From: an uncultured Chloroflexia bacterium
Lineage (GTDB): Bacteria > Chloroflexota > Chloroflexia > QHBQ01 > JADMIH01
Direction: 5' to 3'
Assembly: GCA_963797095.1 (NCBI GenBank)
Contig: CAWCNY010000005.1
Coordinates: 288,001-352,000 of the forward strand
DNA length: 64,000 nt
The notes under the pieces are model-generated. The model saw nothing but the letters and a program-made list of their open reading frames with translations. It searched no databases and was not told where the DNA came from. The number at the start of each line of letters is the position of its first letter. The stretch's first letter is position 1. Positions 11,906-22,434 of the stretch are shown here, one piece after another. The position numbers and the translations under genes are program-made.

Positions 11906-12913
11906 CTATCTCACTGCCAGCCACTCACGCACATACGCCAGTTCCCGCCCCACCCTCTCCTCCGACCATTCCCAGCCCGGCCTCCCGGCCATGTCTGCTA
12001 GCCACAAAGCCCGCGCCATCTTTCGCGCCGCGATGAACATCTCAACGACTTCGCTTTCCCGGTCGTTCAGGGCCTCCCGTCTGAGCCCTGCATACCCCTC
12101 AAGAAATGCCTCGCGCAACCGCTCATAGTCCGGGTATCGCCCTACCAGCGTTGAGAACGCCACCCCAATATCGTATAGATAATACCCACACCCGCAAAAG
12201 TCGAAGTCAATAACCGCCGTCCTATCCCGAAGAAAGAGATAATTGCCCTGGTGGAAGTCGCCGTGGATCATGCCAAAAGTCGTTGGCACCCTTTCCATCC
12301 CCGGCAGTTCTCGCACCAACACGCCACGCATTGCCTCCACAATCCGCCAGTTCGCCTCCCCAATCACAGCGCGACAGCGACCCAGGTCTACGTTCAGAGT
12401 GCCTCCCATGAACGCTGCTAAGTCCCATATTGGTCGGACAAAATGCTCAGTTGGCCGAAAGCTTCTCGAATGTTCGTGGATCGAAGCCAGCAACGCCCCT
12501 GCTTGCCGCGTGCAAGCCCCGGTCAAAGACCGTCCGCGAAATCGGCCCTCCAACCACATAAACAAGGTGCAATACCATATCCCACTCTCACTATTCTCCC
12601 CTACCTCTACTATAGTCTCCCCAGCTCGAGTTCGTACAACCTGTGGCACCGCCACTCCAGCGTCCAGGCGCAAAGCCTCTATCCACACTATCTCCGACTC
12701 GATCAATTCTCTCTGACCTGGGCCGCCTCTCCGCACCCGCAGTGCGAATTGCTGCCCTCCACCTTCCACGCGGTAAGTAGCATTCAGCCAGTATTGCACT
12801 GATCTGAGTCGGCTCGCCTCCACGCCAAACGCGCGAAGAGCCGTCTCGGCCAGTGTCCTCAACCTGACTAGCTGACATCGACGGCTCAACTCGTGAAACG
12901 CGATCTTGCTCAT
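11906..12913 (-). CDS. Phosphotransferase (APH / homoserine kinase type II-like)
   Basis: IHGDFHQGNYL and IDFD motifs. Confidence 0.85.
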   Translation of the reverse strand: MSKIAFHELSRRCQLVRLRTLAETALRAFGVEASRLRSVQYWLNATYRVEGGGQQFALRVRRGGPGQRELIESEIVWIEALRLDAGVAVPQVVRTRAGETIVEVGENSESGIWYCTLFMWLEGRFRGRSLTGACTRQAGALLASIHEHSRSFRPTEHFVRPIWDLAAFMGGTLNVDLGRCRAVIGEANWRIVEAMRGVLVRELPGMERVPTTFGMIHGDFHQGNYLFLRDRTAVIDFDFCGCGYYLYDIGVAFSTLVGRYPDYERLREAFLEGYAGLRREALNDRESEVVEMFIAARKMARALWLADMAGRPGWEWSEERVGRELAYVREWLAVR

Positions 12914-12930
12914 GGCACGCCCGCGCTCAA

Positions 12931-15615
12931 CTACGGTGTAAGCGTCAGCACACCCTCTTTGTTGGCGTCTATCTGTGCCTTATCGTAGTACATCGGCAGG
13001 TACTGGTAATCCAGCCAGAGCGGGTACATATTTCCCCAGAACTTGCTGCCAGGCTGCCCCAACTCCCCGGTGCCAAAGATCGCCTCCGACTTACTCCAAT
13101 CGTTCAAGTCGATGATCATCCTGTACGATTGGTGCCCGGTCACAGTAAACGGCTGCAACGGGAACGCAGCCACCGGCAGCGGGTACGATGCCACCGACAC
13201 CGTCGTGTTGTCACCACCCATCGCCGCGCTCGCCAACGTGAACAGCCCTCCTATCAACTGCGCGTTGCTGAACTCGTGCGATGGCTGGATAATATGCACC
13301 TTGCCCCACTGCCAGTCCGCCATATTATCGCCCAGCACATTCGTCAGGTCGCCAAGCGCGCCGGTCAGCGAAGCCTGCAAAATGTCGTCCCGCGTCTCCT
13401 TCTGCGTGGTACCCTTATCATCCCACAACGGGTCGTCAGGCTTATTCAGCAGGTCTGCTATTGACAACAACGCTTCGCCCTTGAAATTATCGAGATACTG
13501 CGCGAACAGATTGCTCGTATCCGTATTGAACTCTCGCCCCAACTCATCGCTGAAGGTGCGCGTCAGCACCTGGTGGTACGTGATCTCGTAGATCGATGCC
13601 GCCACGCTGTCAGATGTCACATTCCCATCCCAGCTCTTAAGCATATCTATCGCTTGCTTCCCCTGGTCGTCGGCTCTTTGTATCGCCGTGAACGATGGAA
13701 GCACCCGCTTTGCCAGCAGAGACATGGTATCGCTCTGTATCGCCTCGAAATCGATCTCACCCAGCTTATCTTTCGCCGTCAGCAAGTCCCGGATACGGTC
13801 GATACGCCACGGCTTGGCATAATAGCCCGGTATGTCGTACTGGTATTCCGCCCCGTAAGGCTTCTGGTTCGCCGTCGCTATAAAGTGGTCAGGCGGATTG
13901 TACGCCCTCGGCAGATCATCGAACGGCACATACCCGCTCCAATCGTACTCACCCGTCCACCCCGGCACCGGCGCCGACCCATCCCCTTTCTTCCGGATCG
14001 GCACCTGCCCGGTCATCTGGTACCCGATATTCCCATCTTTATCCGCGTACACGAAGTTCTGCCCAGGTACATCCCACTCCGAAAGCGCCTGCCTGAAATC
14101 GTCCCAGTTCTTGGCTGTCTGCAAGTCCACCAGTGCAGCCATCAGCCTCTCAGGCTGCAAAGCCGACCACTCTATCGAAAAGGTGCCGGAAATCGAGCTG
14201 CTGATTGTTGGGGTCACTGGAAATGAATCGCTCAAGATCGGCCCATGATTGGTGATCCTGACCGTCTGCATGACCGGTTCCCCTCCCGCCACGTTGATCG
14301 TCTCCGTTACAATCTGCAACGGCAGCCATTGGTCGCCCGATTGGTACTGGCCTGGGTGGTTCACATCATCCAGGTGCTCCAGAAACACATCCTCCACGTC
14401 CGCCTCGGTGTTGGTCACGCCCCAGGCGATATTCTGGTTGTGTCCCGTCACGATGCCCGGCGCTCCCGCGAACCCGAAACCCTCGTTATCGATCTGTCCG
14501 TCCGTGGTGGTCAGATGAATCTCATACCAGATCGAAGGGTTGCGCACCCCCAAATGCGGGTCATTAGCAAGCAAAGGCTTGCCCGTAGTAGACTTGGTGC
14601 CATCCACCACCCAGTTATTGGAACCTACACCCTCGTTCCAACTCCCCAGCACATCGGTAACGTTCTTATTGTACTGCGCGATCACACTGTCCCACGACCC
14701 GCTGCTAGCGCCCGGCACCGTAACGGGCGCGTCCGCAGGATACCCAGGCAATAGCTCGGCAGCCGCTTCCGGCCCCAGCTTCTGCACAATATCCGACTTC
14801 ACAAGCTCATTCTGCCACGTCTCGGTCAGGTCCCGCGCCTGTAGCTTGCCGAACGCAATTGTATCCACCGGCTGCCAGTCCTCAAACCCAACACCGAGCA
14901 GCGTAAACTCCAGTGGCAGCTTGTCCGCATGCGTATGCACAAAGGCATTCACCCCATCCGCGTACCACTGAAGTTGCTCTTTCACATCGGGCCGCAAAGT
15001 GGCATATTCCGCTTCCGCCGCTCTCCTGAAACCTATCACCCGCAAATATCGGTCCGAGTCGATCAGGTCGGCGCTGAAAAGCTCCGCTAGCCTCCCCTCC
15101 CCTGCCGTCCTGAAGAAGAACATCTGGTAAAGCCTGTCCTGTGCATGCACATACCCCTGCGCCATATACAGGTCATGTATATTCGCGGCGACAATATGTG
15201 GTACCCCGTTCGTATCCCGCGTAACCGTCACATTGGCGCTCAGGCCCGGCAACTGGGCGCTGCCGTTGATGGTCGGCAGAGGCTTGTTGATCTCGTTCCA
15301 TACATAGAATGCGATCCCCACCACCACCAGCACGACCACCACTCCAATAGTTATGAATACATTACGGCGCGTGAACAGCCTCCGCTGCGTCGCCACCGGT
15401 CCGGACCCTATAGGAGTAGTAGACGAGCCGGTCGCCCCACTTCCCGGCGCGCTATACGCCATGTTCCGGCGGCCATTGACAGGCACACTCCGCGCTCTGC
15501 TCCCCCCCCTCGACCCTGAGCCGGTGCCTGATCCTGAGCGCCCCTTCGCGCCTCCGCTTCCCTGGTTCTCCCCTGATGAAGAGCCTCCTGATCCTGCCAT
15601 GCCCGATCCTCCCAT
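12931..15615 (-). CDS. Membrane-anchored penicillin acylase family (S45) Ntn hydrolase
   Basis: GVPHI, GYVHAQDRL, GSNNW, LANDPHL; N-terminal TM helix. Confidence 0.93.
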   Translation of the reverse strand: MGGSGMAGSGGSSSGENQGSGGAKGRSGSGTGSGSRGGSRARSVPVNGRRNMAYSAPGSGATGSSTTPIGSGPVATQRRLFTRRNVFITIGVVVVLVVVGIAFYVWNEINKPLPTINGSAQLPGLSANVTVTRDTNGVPHIVAANIHDLYMAQGYVHAQDRLYQMFFFRTAGEGRLAELFSADLIDSDRYLRVIGFRRAAEAEYATLRPDVKEQLQWYADGVNAFVHTHADKLPLEFTLLGVGFEDWQPVDTIAFGKLQARDLTETWQNELVKSDIVQKLGPEAAAELLPGYPADAPVTVPGASSGSWDSVIAQYNKNVTDVLGSWNEGVGSNNWVVDGTKSTTGKPLLANDPHLGVRNPSIWYEIHLTTTDGQIDNEGFGFAGAPGIVTGHNQNIAWGVTNTEADVEDVFLEHLDDVNHPGQYQSGDQWLPLQIVTETINVAGGEPVMQTVRITNHGPILSDSFPVTPTISSSISGTFSIEWSALQPERLMAALVDLQTAKNWDDFRQALSEWDVPGQNFVYADKDGNIGYQMTGQVPIRKKGDGSAPVPGWTGEYDWSGYVPFDDLPRAYNPPDHFIATANQKPYGAEYQYDIPGYYAKPWRIDRIRDLLTAKDKLGEIDFEAIQSDTMSLLAKRVLPSFTAIQRADDQGKQAIDMLKSWDGNVTSDSVAASIYEITYHQVLTRTFSDELGREFNTDTSNLFAQYLDNFKGEALLSIADLLNKPDDPLWDDKGTTQKETRDDILQASLTGALGDLTNVLGDNMADWQWGKVHIIQPSHEFSNAQLIGGLFTLASAAMGGDNTTVSVASYPLPVAAFPLQPFTVTGHQSYRMIIDLNDWSKSEAIFGTGELGQPGSKFWGNMYPLWLDYQYLPMYYDKAQIDANKEGVLTLTP

Positions 15616-15748
15616 AGAGTATTATCCGTCAGCCCTTGACGTACTATTCCCCTACGATGCGCGGTCGCTGATTGCCGGTAAAACTGAAAAATCAAAAAAG
15701 AGGTTTGAGCATAGCCACATACAAGCTACTCAACCTCTCAGCAACATG

Positions 15749-15820
15749 AGCCGACGGGGGGATTCGAACCCTCGACCCGTCGCTTACGAAGCGACTGCTC
15801 TACCACTGAGCTACGTCGGC
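15749..15820 (-). tRNA. tRNA-Thr(CGT)
   Basis: GCCGACGTAGCTCAGTGGTAGAGCAGTCGC-TTCGTAA-GCGACGGGTCGAGGGTTCGAATCCCCCCGTCGGCT; cloverleaf; CCA not fully encoded. Confidence 0.95.
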
Positions 15821-15830
15821 GAACGCCCCT

Positions 15831-15859
15831 ATTATAACCTCTTTCCCCGCACTTGGCAA
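15831..15859 (-). promoter_or_regulatory. Promoter of tRNA-Thr
   Basis: TTGCCA-17 bp-TATAAT. Confidence 0.75.
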
Positions 15860-16340
15860 ACCACAAAACATAAATCGTCCCGGAATTTGATCGCAGATTT
15901 GCAGCCGCGCAACCTGCGTCTAACAAGGCAAAAGGGGGGTAAAAGGGGGTGCAGGCGGAACTGCCTGCCGGGGGTTTGGGGGGTGTCCCCCAACTCTACT
16001 TCTTCTTTCTAAACTCCACTCTCCCCATTTCGTGGGGAGAGTGGTCGGGGGTGAGGGGTGTTCGCATTCACTCGCCCAAGAGTTCCAACAAAATACCTGT
16101 ACTCGAAAGCCCAATTAGGGAATGCCTTCTGAGGGCCCCTCCCAATCTATTCCACGCCACGAGCTAAGATTCTGAATGACCCATATTTTGGGAGCCATAC
16201 TTAGCCCACGGCGTGCAAGGCATAGTACCTCAATGGTACCAATGGGTTATCCACAAGTACCATCCACTTTGTTACAATGGAGATTGAGAGATAAAGTAAG
16301 AGCCGCGTACCTCGTGTACTCGATTTTGCTCCTACATGAA

Positions 16341-16370
16341 AGAGAGACCTTGCGGGAGGTCTCTCTTTTT
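16341..16370 (+). terminator. Intrinsic terminator, possibly bidirectional
   Basis: AGAGAGACCT-TGCGGG-AGGTCTCTCT followed by a T run. Confidence 0.7.
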
Positions 16371-16444
16371 GTTGCATTCCGAAGCACCACGAGCCACTCC
16401 CGCCCCTTTGACCCACGATCCCCGCATCGCAACTTACACCCTTC

Positions 16445-16705
16445 CTATGACCCCTCGCTGTCCATCTCAATATAGAGGATGCTGTGCCACGGGATCACGA
16501 AATCATACGTTTTGGCTCGGTCGCCCAACTCGTCAGCGTGCGCAACGGCGCGCACATACTGCTCCTCAAAGCTCAATTCACCCTGTATCCATGAGATCCG
16601 TTCCTCGTAGCCTGGGCCTGTGCCCGCTTCGCTCCGAGGGCGACGGGCTGCTCTGTAGTACACTTTCCCTGTCTTAGCTGCCGGCATTTTGGGCCTCCTG
16701 CTCAA
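16445..16705 (-). CDS. Small hypothetical protein
   Basis: 86-aa ORF with protein-like composition, co-oriented with the upstream HD gene. Confidence 0.5.
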   Translation of the reverse strand: MSRRPKMPAAKTGKVYYRAARRPRSEAGTGPGYEERISWIQGELSFEEQYVRAVAHADELGDRAKTYDFVIPWHSILYIEMDSEGS

Positions 16706-16812
16706 GTGTATGTGGTAGTTGGTTTGCTGGCTTCCCTGAAAAATGCGTCATGGGCTTCGCCTCAGGGTTTGACCTTCATCTTGTTGCGTCGTAGACCCTT
16801 CACCTTGCTACT

Positions 16813-17400
16813 TCACAAACCAAGTTCCTCGGATATCCCTTGCAAGGCGCGTACCACGAATTCGATATGTTCCTCCAATGGCCGTCCCAGTTCTTGCGCA
16901 CCCTGCACAATATCCTCCCGGTTGACGTTTCTCGCGAACGCTTTGTCCTTCATCTTCTTGACAACTGAGCGAGTGTCAACTTCGACCAGGCTGCGGTTCG
17001 GCTTGACCAGCGCGGTAGCGACTACTAAGCCGCATAGTTCGTCGCATGCAAAGAGCGCGCGGTCCTGCGCCTCGGTCCGTGATACATTAGTATACGTAGC
17101 ATGTGACAGAATGGATCTTACAAAGTCCTTGGGCCAGCCCCACTCCAACAGCATTTTCGCCCCCTCCATCGGGTGCGTGTCAGCCGTCGGGTGTATCTCC
17201 CAGTCCCAATCGTGGATCAGCCCAAGTGTTCCCCAATAATCCGGGTCGCCATCATACAGCGGAGCATACGCGCGCATAGCTGCCTCCACACACAACATGT
17301 GCTTCCGCAACCCCTCATTCTGCACGTTTTCCCTAACAAGCTGCCAGGCGTCCTCCCTACTCTTACCGTTCAAACTCTCCTTCGTGGAAGTACTGGACAA
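16813..17400 (-). CDS. HD/HDIG-domain phosphohydrolase
   Basis: KHML, LIHDWDWE, HP, ILSH, ACDELCG. Confidence 0.88.
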   Translation of the reverse strand: MSSTSTKESLNGKSREDAWQLVRENVQNEGLRKHMLCVEAAMRAYAPLYDGDPDYWGTLGLIHDWDWEIHPTADTHPMEGAKMLLEWGWPKDFVRSILSHATYTNVSRTEAQDRALFACDELCGLVVATALVKPNRSLVEVDTRSVVKKMKDKAFARNVNREDIVQGAQELGRPLEEHIEFVVRALQGISEELGL

Positions 17401-17467
17401 AGTGCGTTCTCCTCAGCTAATAATTGCCTAATTATACCTGCTGAGCACCTGAAACGCCATCTGCCGC

Positions 17468-18451
17468 CTAAACTCGTTCCAACAACTCGTCGATCCGCCG
17501 CATCTGCTCCGCGCTAAGCGGCCCATACTCCCCCGCCCCCACGTTCTCCTCCGCCTGCACCACCGACTTGAACCCCGGTATCGGCACCGCGTCCGGCTTC
17601 TTCGCCCATATCCATCCAAGCGCCCCCTGCGCATCCGTCCGCCCGCCCTCCGTAAGCACTCCCCTCATCAACTCCGTCTGCCGGATCCTTTCCGCCGCGA
17701 TCCCCTCCCGCATATTGAAATCGTGCCGCCCATCGTTCTCCGCAAACGTAGTATCAGGCGTGAACTTCCCCGTCAAAAACCCGCTATTAAGCGGCGTCCT
17801 GATCACGCTCCCCAGCCCAAGCTCCCTCGTAACCTCCAACATCCGCGAAGCGTCCCACGTGATGTTCATCCTGTACTGAATGCTGGCGCAATGCTCTCCC
17901 TCGGCAAACACCCGCGCCCGCTCAGGGTCGTCGGTGCTCCACCCATACCACCTGATCTTCCCTTCCTCCACCAGTCTCTCCAATATCTCGCGCACCTCGC
18001 CTGCCCGCTCGGCCGGGTATTCCCCCGCGTGGAAGTGGTAAAGATCTACATAATCCGTCTGCAACCGCCGCAGACTCCCCTCACAAGCAGCCCTGATCTC
18101 CTCGTAGGTCATCGGCAGATCCCGGTCGAAGTACACCATCCGACTCAACTCATCGAACACCGTAGCAAACTTAGTCGAGATCACCACCTCATGCCTCTTC
18201 CCCTCCAGGGACCGCCCAAGCACCGTCTCGCTGTGCCCTGCCCCGTAATTATTCGCCGTATCAAAGAAGTTGCACCCCAGTTCAATCGCCCGGTGCACCG
18301 CCCGCGCGCTCTCCGCGTCGTCAATGTCCCCCCAACCGAACGGCTGTGCCTCCTCGCCGACCATAACATCCACAGGCCCCCCTATTGCCCAGCACCCAAG
18401 CCCTGCCGGGCTTACAAGTAGATCGCTCTTCCCTATTCTGTGCTTTTCCAT
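17468..18451 (-). CDS. Aldo/keto reductase
   Basis: GLGCWAIGG, DTANNYG, STKF, LQTDYVDLY. Confidence 0.92.
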   Translation of the reverse strand: MEKHRIGKSDLLVSPAGLGCWAIGGPVDVMVGEEAQPFGWGDIDDAESARAVHRAIELGCNFFDTANNYGAGHSETVLGRSLEGKRHEVVISTKFATVFDELSRMVYFDRDLPMTYEEIRAACEGSLRRLQTDYVDLYHFHAGEYPAERAGEVREILERLVEEGKIRWYGWSTDDPERARVFAEGEHCASIQYRMNITWDASRMLEVTRELGLGSVIRTPLNSGFLTGKFTPDTTFAENDGRHDFNMREGIAAERIRQTELMRGVLTEGGRTDAQGALGWIWAKKPDAVPIPGFKSVVQAEENVGAGEYGPLSAEQMRRIDELLERV

Positions 18452-18729
18452 AACGATACCAATCCCTCCATAATGCGTCCACGAAATAGCAAGCGCCGTG
18501 GGGGATTTACGCGCCTTATGCCTTAACTACATTTCTGCTCCTTGGTCGGTTCATGTCCCGCACCCGCCCCCCGACATCCTGTGCCACTCAACCTGGATGA
18601 GCCAGGCCGCTCCACGCCACGCATCTTACTCGGGGCCACGAGAAACTTGTAGTATACTAACCGCGTAGTCACGGTCGGCTTTTCATACTATTTCATCCGG
18701 CACCGCGGCACTCATCAGGAGGCAAACCA

Positions 18730-19401
18730 ATGGACAAAATAATCGACGAGCAAATCGCCTACTACCGCGCCCGCGCCCAGGAATACGACGCCTCCCTGTC
18801 AGTCGCCACCCCCTCCTCACCTGGCATACCCCGGGTCGATCAATTCCAGGGCGAATTGGCTTCCGCCGCCAACCTTCTCAAGCAGCAAGGCCCCTCCAAC
18901 GAAACGTTGGAGCTTGCCTGCGGCACCGGCATCTGGACCCAACTCCTTCTCACAATCTCCAATCATGTGACCGCCCTCGACGCCGCCCCCGAAATGCTAG
19001 CCATTGCCCGCGCCAAACTGGGCGACGACCGCATTGACTACCACCAGGCCGACCTCTTCCAATGGCAGCCCGACAAACAATACGACCTCGTCTTCTTCGC
19101 CTTCTGGCTCTCCCACGTCCACCCCGATGCCCTCGACTCTTTCCTGGACGCCGCGAGCCGCGCCGTCAAACCTGCCGGTCGCCTCATCATTATCGACCAG
19201 TACGTCCCCACCAACTCCGATGCCCAGGTAGCCAGGGACGAAATCTACGCCGAGCGCCCGCTACAGGACGGCCGTACCTTCACAATCGTCAAGGTCTTCT
19301 ACAGCCTCGACCTCCTCCGCGAAAAGCTCACCAACCTCGGCTTCTCGGTCCAGCCCGTGCCCGTGGGATCCTCCTTCTTCTACCTGTCGGCCCAACTCTG
19401 A
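18730..19401 (+). CDS. Class I SAM-dependent methyltransferase
   Basis: YYRARAQEYD, LELACGTG, FWLSHV. Confidence 0.9.
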   Translation: MDKIIDEQIAYYRARAQEYDASLSVATPSSPGIPRVDQFQGELASAANLLKQQGPSNETLELACGTGIWTQLLLTISNHVTALDAAPEMLAIARAKLGDDRIDYHQADLFQWQPDKQYDLVFFAFWLSHVHPDALDSFLDAASRAVKPAGRLIIIDQYVPTNSDAQVARDEIYAERPLQDGRTFTIVKVFYSLDLLREKLTNLGFSVQPVPVGSSFFYLSAQL

Positions 19402-19480
19402 AAACCCCGCCCTAACCCTGATCCTGGGTGGCCTATCACCGTCCGGAACAGGTCCTGTCACGAGACAGTCACTTCTCGCC

Positions 19481-20836
19481 ATGGACGTCCTCCATCCAGC
19501 GGGACCTCTACCAGGCAAGACGGCCACCACAGGTACCGCTTCGCACCAACATGCAAAGCTGGCCCTAATCCTCCTGCTGGGCCTCTTGATCCGGTTGCCC
19601 TCAATCCTGACCGCCTACCCGCATTCCGATGATGTCCGCACATATAAGGAGTGGGGTGCGACAATCCAGGCTCACGGGCTGCCCGCCGCCTACGACGACC
19701 CCACCATCAATTATCCGCCTTTACTCCTCTACCTGATCCGCGGTGCTGCATGGCTGCAAGCGAACATCACTTCGCTGCCCACCGCATCCCCAAACGATTA
19801 TAGCCTCGTATCCCTCACACTCCAGATTGCCACCGCCGCCACCGATCTCGCTACCGCCTGTCTCCTGGCTGCCCATTTTTGGCGCCGCCGAGGCAACCTC
19901 GCCCTGCTCGTCGCGGGCCTTTACCTCTTCAATCCCGCCGTCCTCTACGTCTCCTCAGTCTGGGGCCAGCTCGATTCGATCTATACCCTCTTCATGGTTG
20001 CCGCCGTGCTCGCTCTCGAACGCCGTGCCGTCCTCCCCGCCTGGCTCTTGGTGGCCATCGCGCTCGCCACCAAGCTCCAGAGCATCTCCCTCACCCCCAT
20101 CTTCCTCGCCTGGACCCTTGTCAAGCATGGCATACGTGGCCTCCTCTCCGGCCTGGCAACCGCCGTCGCCACCCTCTCTCTCCTCTGGGCCCCTTGGCTT
20201 CTGTCCGGCCACACAGACCCCCTCCTAAAAGTCTACACCTCTCCAGGTGTGGAGCGAGCCGTAGTCAGCGGCTTCAACCTCTGGTACCTCCTCCTGGGAG
20301 GAGACCTATCCATGCCTTCGACGGCCCAACCAACCTCCCTACCCCTTTCCTACCAAACCATTGGTGAGATACTCTTCGCGCTGTTGGCCGCGCTCATCAC
20401 ATGGCTGGCCGTCAGCAGGGGCCACAGCCTCCCAATCCCATCCGCGGCCCTCGCGCTCGCGCTCTTCACCGTCCTTCCCGACATCCACGAACGCCACTCC
20501 TACCCCACCCTGGCGCTCCTCCTCCTCGCCGCCGCCCACCATACCCTCGAATGCTCTCGCTCCACCGCCCACTTTTCGGTCCACTGGTGGGCCTATGGCG
20601 CTCTCACCATTGTGACCCTCTTCAACCTTGTAACAATATACCCCGCGCCTCCCCTCGAACCCCTGAGCCTCCTGGAGAACCCTCCCAACTCTCCAATCGA
20701 GCTCGTACTGAAGGACCTCTCCTTTCTGGCCGCCATCGTGAATATCGCCCTCCTGGTCTGGCTGATCTGCAACCTCCTGCCCACAAGACAGCATGAGGCA
20801 TCCTCGACCCCCACGACTGAACTGCATCCTGATTGA
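19481..20836 (+). CDS. Polytopic GT-C type glycosyltransferase (GT87/PIG-M-like)
   Basis: NYPP, FNPA...SSVWGQLDS, TKLQ, HERH; many TM segments. Confidence 0.7.
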   Translation: MDVLHPAGPLPGKTATTGTASHQHAKLALILLLGLLIRLPSILTAYPHSDDVRTYKEWGATIQAHGLPAAYDDPTINYPPLLLYLIRGAAWLQANITSLPTASPNDYSLVSLTLQIATAATDLATACLLAAHFWRRRGNLALLVAGLYLFNPAVLYVSSVWGQLDSIYTLFMVAAVLALERRAVLPAWLLVAIALATKLQSISLTPIFLAWTLVKHGIRGLLSGLATAVATLSLLWAPWLLSGHTDPLLKVYTSPGVERAVVSGFNLWYLLLGGDLSMPSTAQPTSLPLSYQTIGEILFALLAALITWLAVSRGHSLPIPSAALALALFTVLPDIHERHSYPTLALLLLAAAHHTLECSRSTAHFSVHWWAYGALTIVTLFNLVTIYPAPPLEPLSLLENPPNSPIELVLKDLSFLAAIVNIALLVWLICNLLPTRQHEASSTPTTELHPD

Positions 20837-20938
20837 CATGCAAAGGTCAGGATGCTAATATGTGCGGGCTTACACACCAACAACACCCCAATCGCTTCGG
20901 CCACTTGCCGCCGTTCGAGGAGAAGGAGTATTGAGATC

Positions 20939-21586
20939 ATGACCAGTTACGGATCACCACCGGGCGGCACGCCGCCGGGAGACCAGTCGAACATACCCCC
21001 CGGCGGTTACCAGCCACCGCCAGGATACCCACCGCCACAGGCGTATCCACCTCCACAGGGTCAGCAGCCTCAACCGGAGGCGCAACCCCCACAGTACATA
21101 CCCCCACAGTACATACCCCCACAGGGCGCTATGCCCCCGCCCGGCGCGCCGCCACCCATGGCACCCGCTCCCGGCCCCCCGCGCAGAAGGTCGCCCTTGC
21201 TCATCATCGTTGGCATTGTGGTGGCCGCGATTCTGGTGTGTGTGTTGGCGGTCTTCCTGCTCGTTGGCGTGGTCTTTACCGCTACACAACCCGTTGTCGA
21301 TGCGGGTGACGCTTTTATGCGTGCCTTGCGCGATGGCGATTACAACGCAGCCTTTGACCTTTCAGCCCCCTCCCTCCAGGCCGAGGCGGGCAACCCGGCG
21401 GGCATTGAAACCGCACTCAGCTTCAAGCAACCCGCAAGCTGGAGTTTCACCTCCCGCAACATAAACAACAACGACGGCAGCCTCTCCGGCACAACCACCT
21501 ACAAAGACGGTTCGACCGGCACAGTCGAAATGGCCCTCACAAAGGTCGGCAACGACTGGAAGGTGACAGGCATCAACCTCAAGTGA
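20939..21586 (+). CDS. Pro-rich membrane protein with extracellular NTF2-like domain
   Basis: Pro/Gln-rich N-terminus, one TM helix, FMRALRDGDYNAAFDL...DWKV; GGAG RBS. Confidence 0.65.
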   Translation: MTSYGSPPGGTPPGDQSNIPPGGYQPPPGYPPPQAYPPPQGQQPQPEAQPPQYIPPQYIPPQGAMPPPGAPPPMAPAPGPPRRRSPLLIIVGIVVAAILVCVLAVFLLVGVVFTATQPVVDAGDAFMRALRDGDYNAAFDLSAPSLQAEAGNPAGIETALSFKQPASWSFTSRNINNNDGSLSGTTTYKDGSTGTVEMALTKVGNDWKVTGINLK

Positions 21587-21886
21587 CCTGAACTTGCCAT
21601 AAGCTCCAAATAAGGGAGCCACTTCCAGCACCGGCCTCCCGACCCAGGTCCTCCGCACAATAGCGTGCCACTTGACAGCCCTGGTCCCGCCCCCGAAATG
21701 CTAGTCAGCGCCTGCGTCAAACCAGGCGCTTTGTTCTTCTCCCTCACTGCTCAAACACACTTAGCAATCACATCTTGTATCGTGTGCTATAATATACCTC
21801 AACTCATGATGGCATCCCTTGTCGATTGGGAGGCACATGAATCCCGTACCAGGTAACAGGCCGGAGATATCCACATTGGAGGGGTT

Positions 21887-22297
21887 ATGGCAGGCAATAA
21901 CAACGGTGTCACTACTAGCGATCCTCAAGCGCAGGAACGAATCACCTCCACCAGAAAAGCACAACCCAAACCAATGCCCAAATGGGAATCCGACGTGCGC
22001 GAGCGCATCAAGACTGCGATCCGCCGCTATACACCTCACTTGAACGGCCTCGTGTCGCGCGATGCCAACGAAGGCGATACTCGCCTGCTGATAACCGACT
22101 TCTTATGTGACGCTCTTGGCTACGACAAATATTCGGACTTAACCACCGAGTATCTTGTCAAAGGCGAATTCGCCGATTACGGTGTTCGAATAGACAAACA
22201 ACTGGTGGCGTTTATCGAAGTCAAACGCGCCACCACTAAACTTGACAAGAAACACCTGCGCCAGGTAGAGATGTACGCGGTAATACCAGTGAGCTAA
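21887..22297 (+). pseudogene. HsdR N-terminal-like (PD-D/ExK) restriction nuclease domain, probably 3'-truncated
   Basis: NEGDTR..LGYD..EY..ADY..IEVK..QVEMYA then an abrupt stop. Confidence 0.6.
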
Positions 22298-22396
22298 CAC
22301 AGTCTGATCATTGGGGAAAGCTGTCAAAGCGGCTGTCCATCTTAACCAAACAGGGACGCCTGCAAAACAAACGTCCCTTTATAGTATTCAGTTCTC

Positions 22397-22434
22397 TGGT
22401 CGGGGCGCCGCGATTCGAACGCGGGACCTCTTGA
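22397..22434 (-). tRNA. tRNA-Pro(GGG) 3' exon
   Basis: TCAAG AGGTC CCGCG TTCGAAT CGCGG CGCCCCG A CCA immediately after the intron 3' end (CCCTAC). Confidence 0.93.

Noticed and set aside
16247-16255. oriC
   Set aside because: Only one perfect DnaA box, with no cluster and no dnaA nearby
19400-19480. FMN riboswitch-like AGGGCGGGG on the minus strand
   Set aside because: The other conserved segments are absent and the gene context does not fit
21670-21684. CTTGACAGCCCTGG as an IS end
   Set aside because: No partner repeat or transposase nearby; could equally be a -35 box
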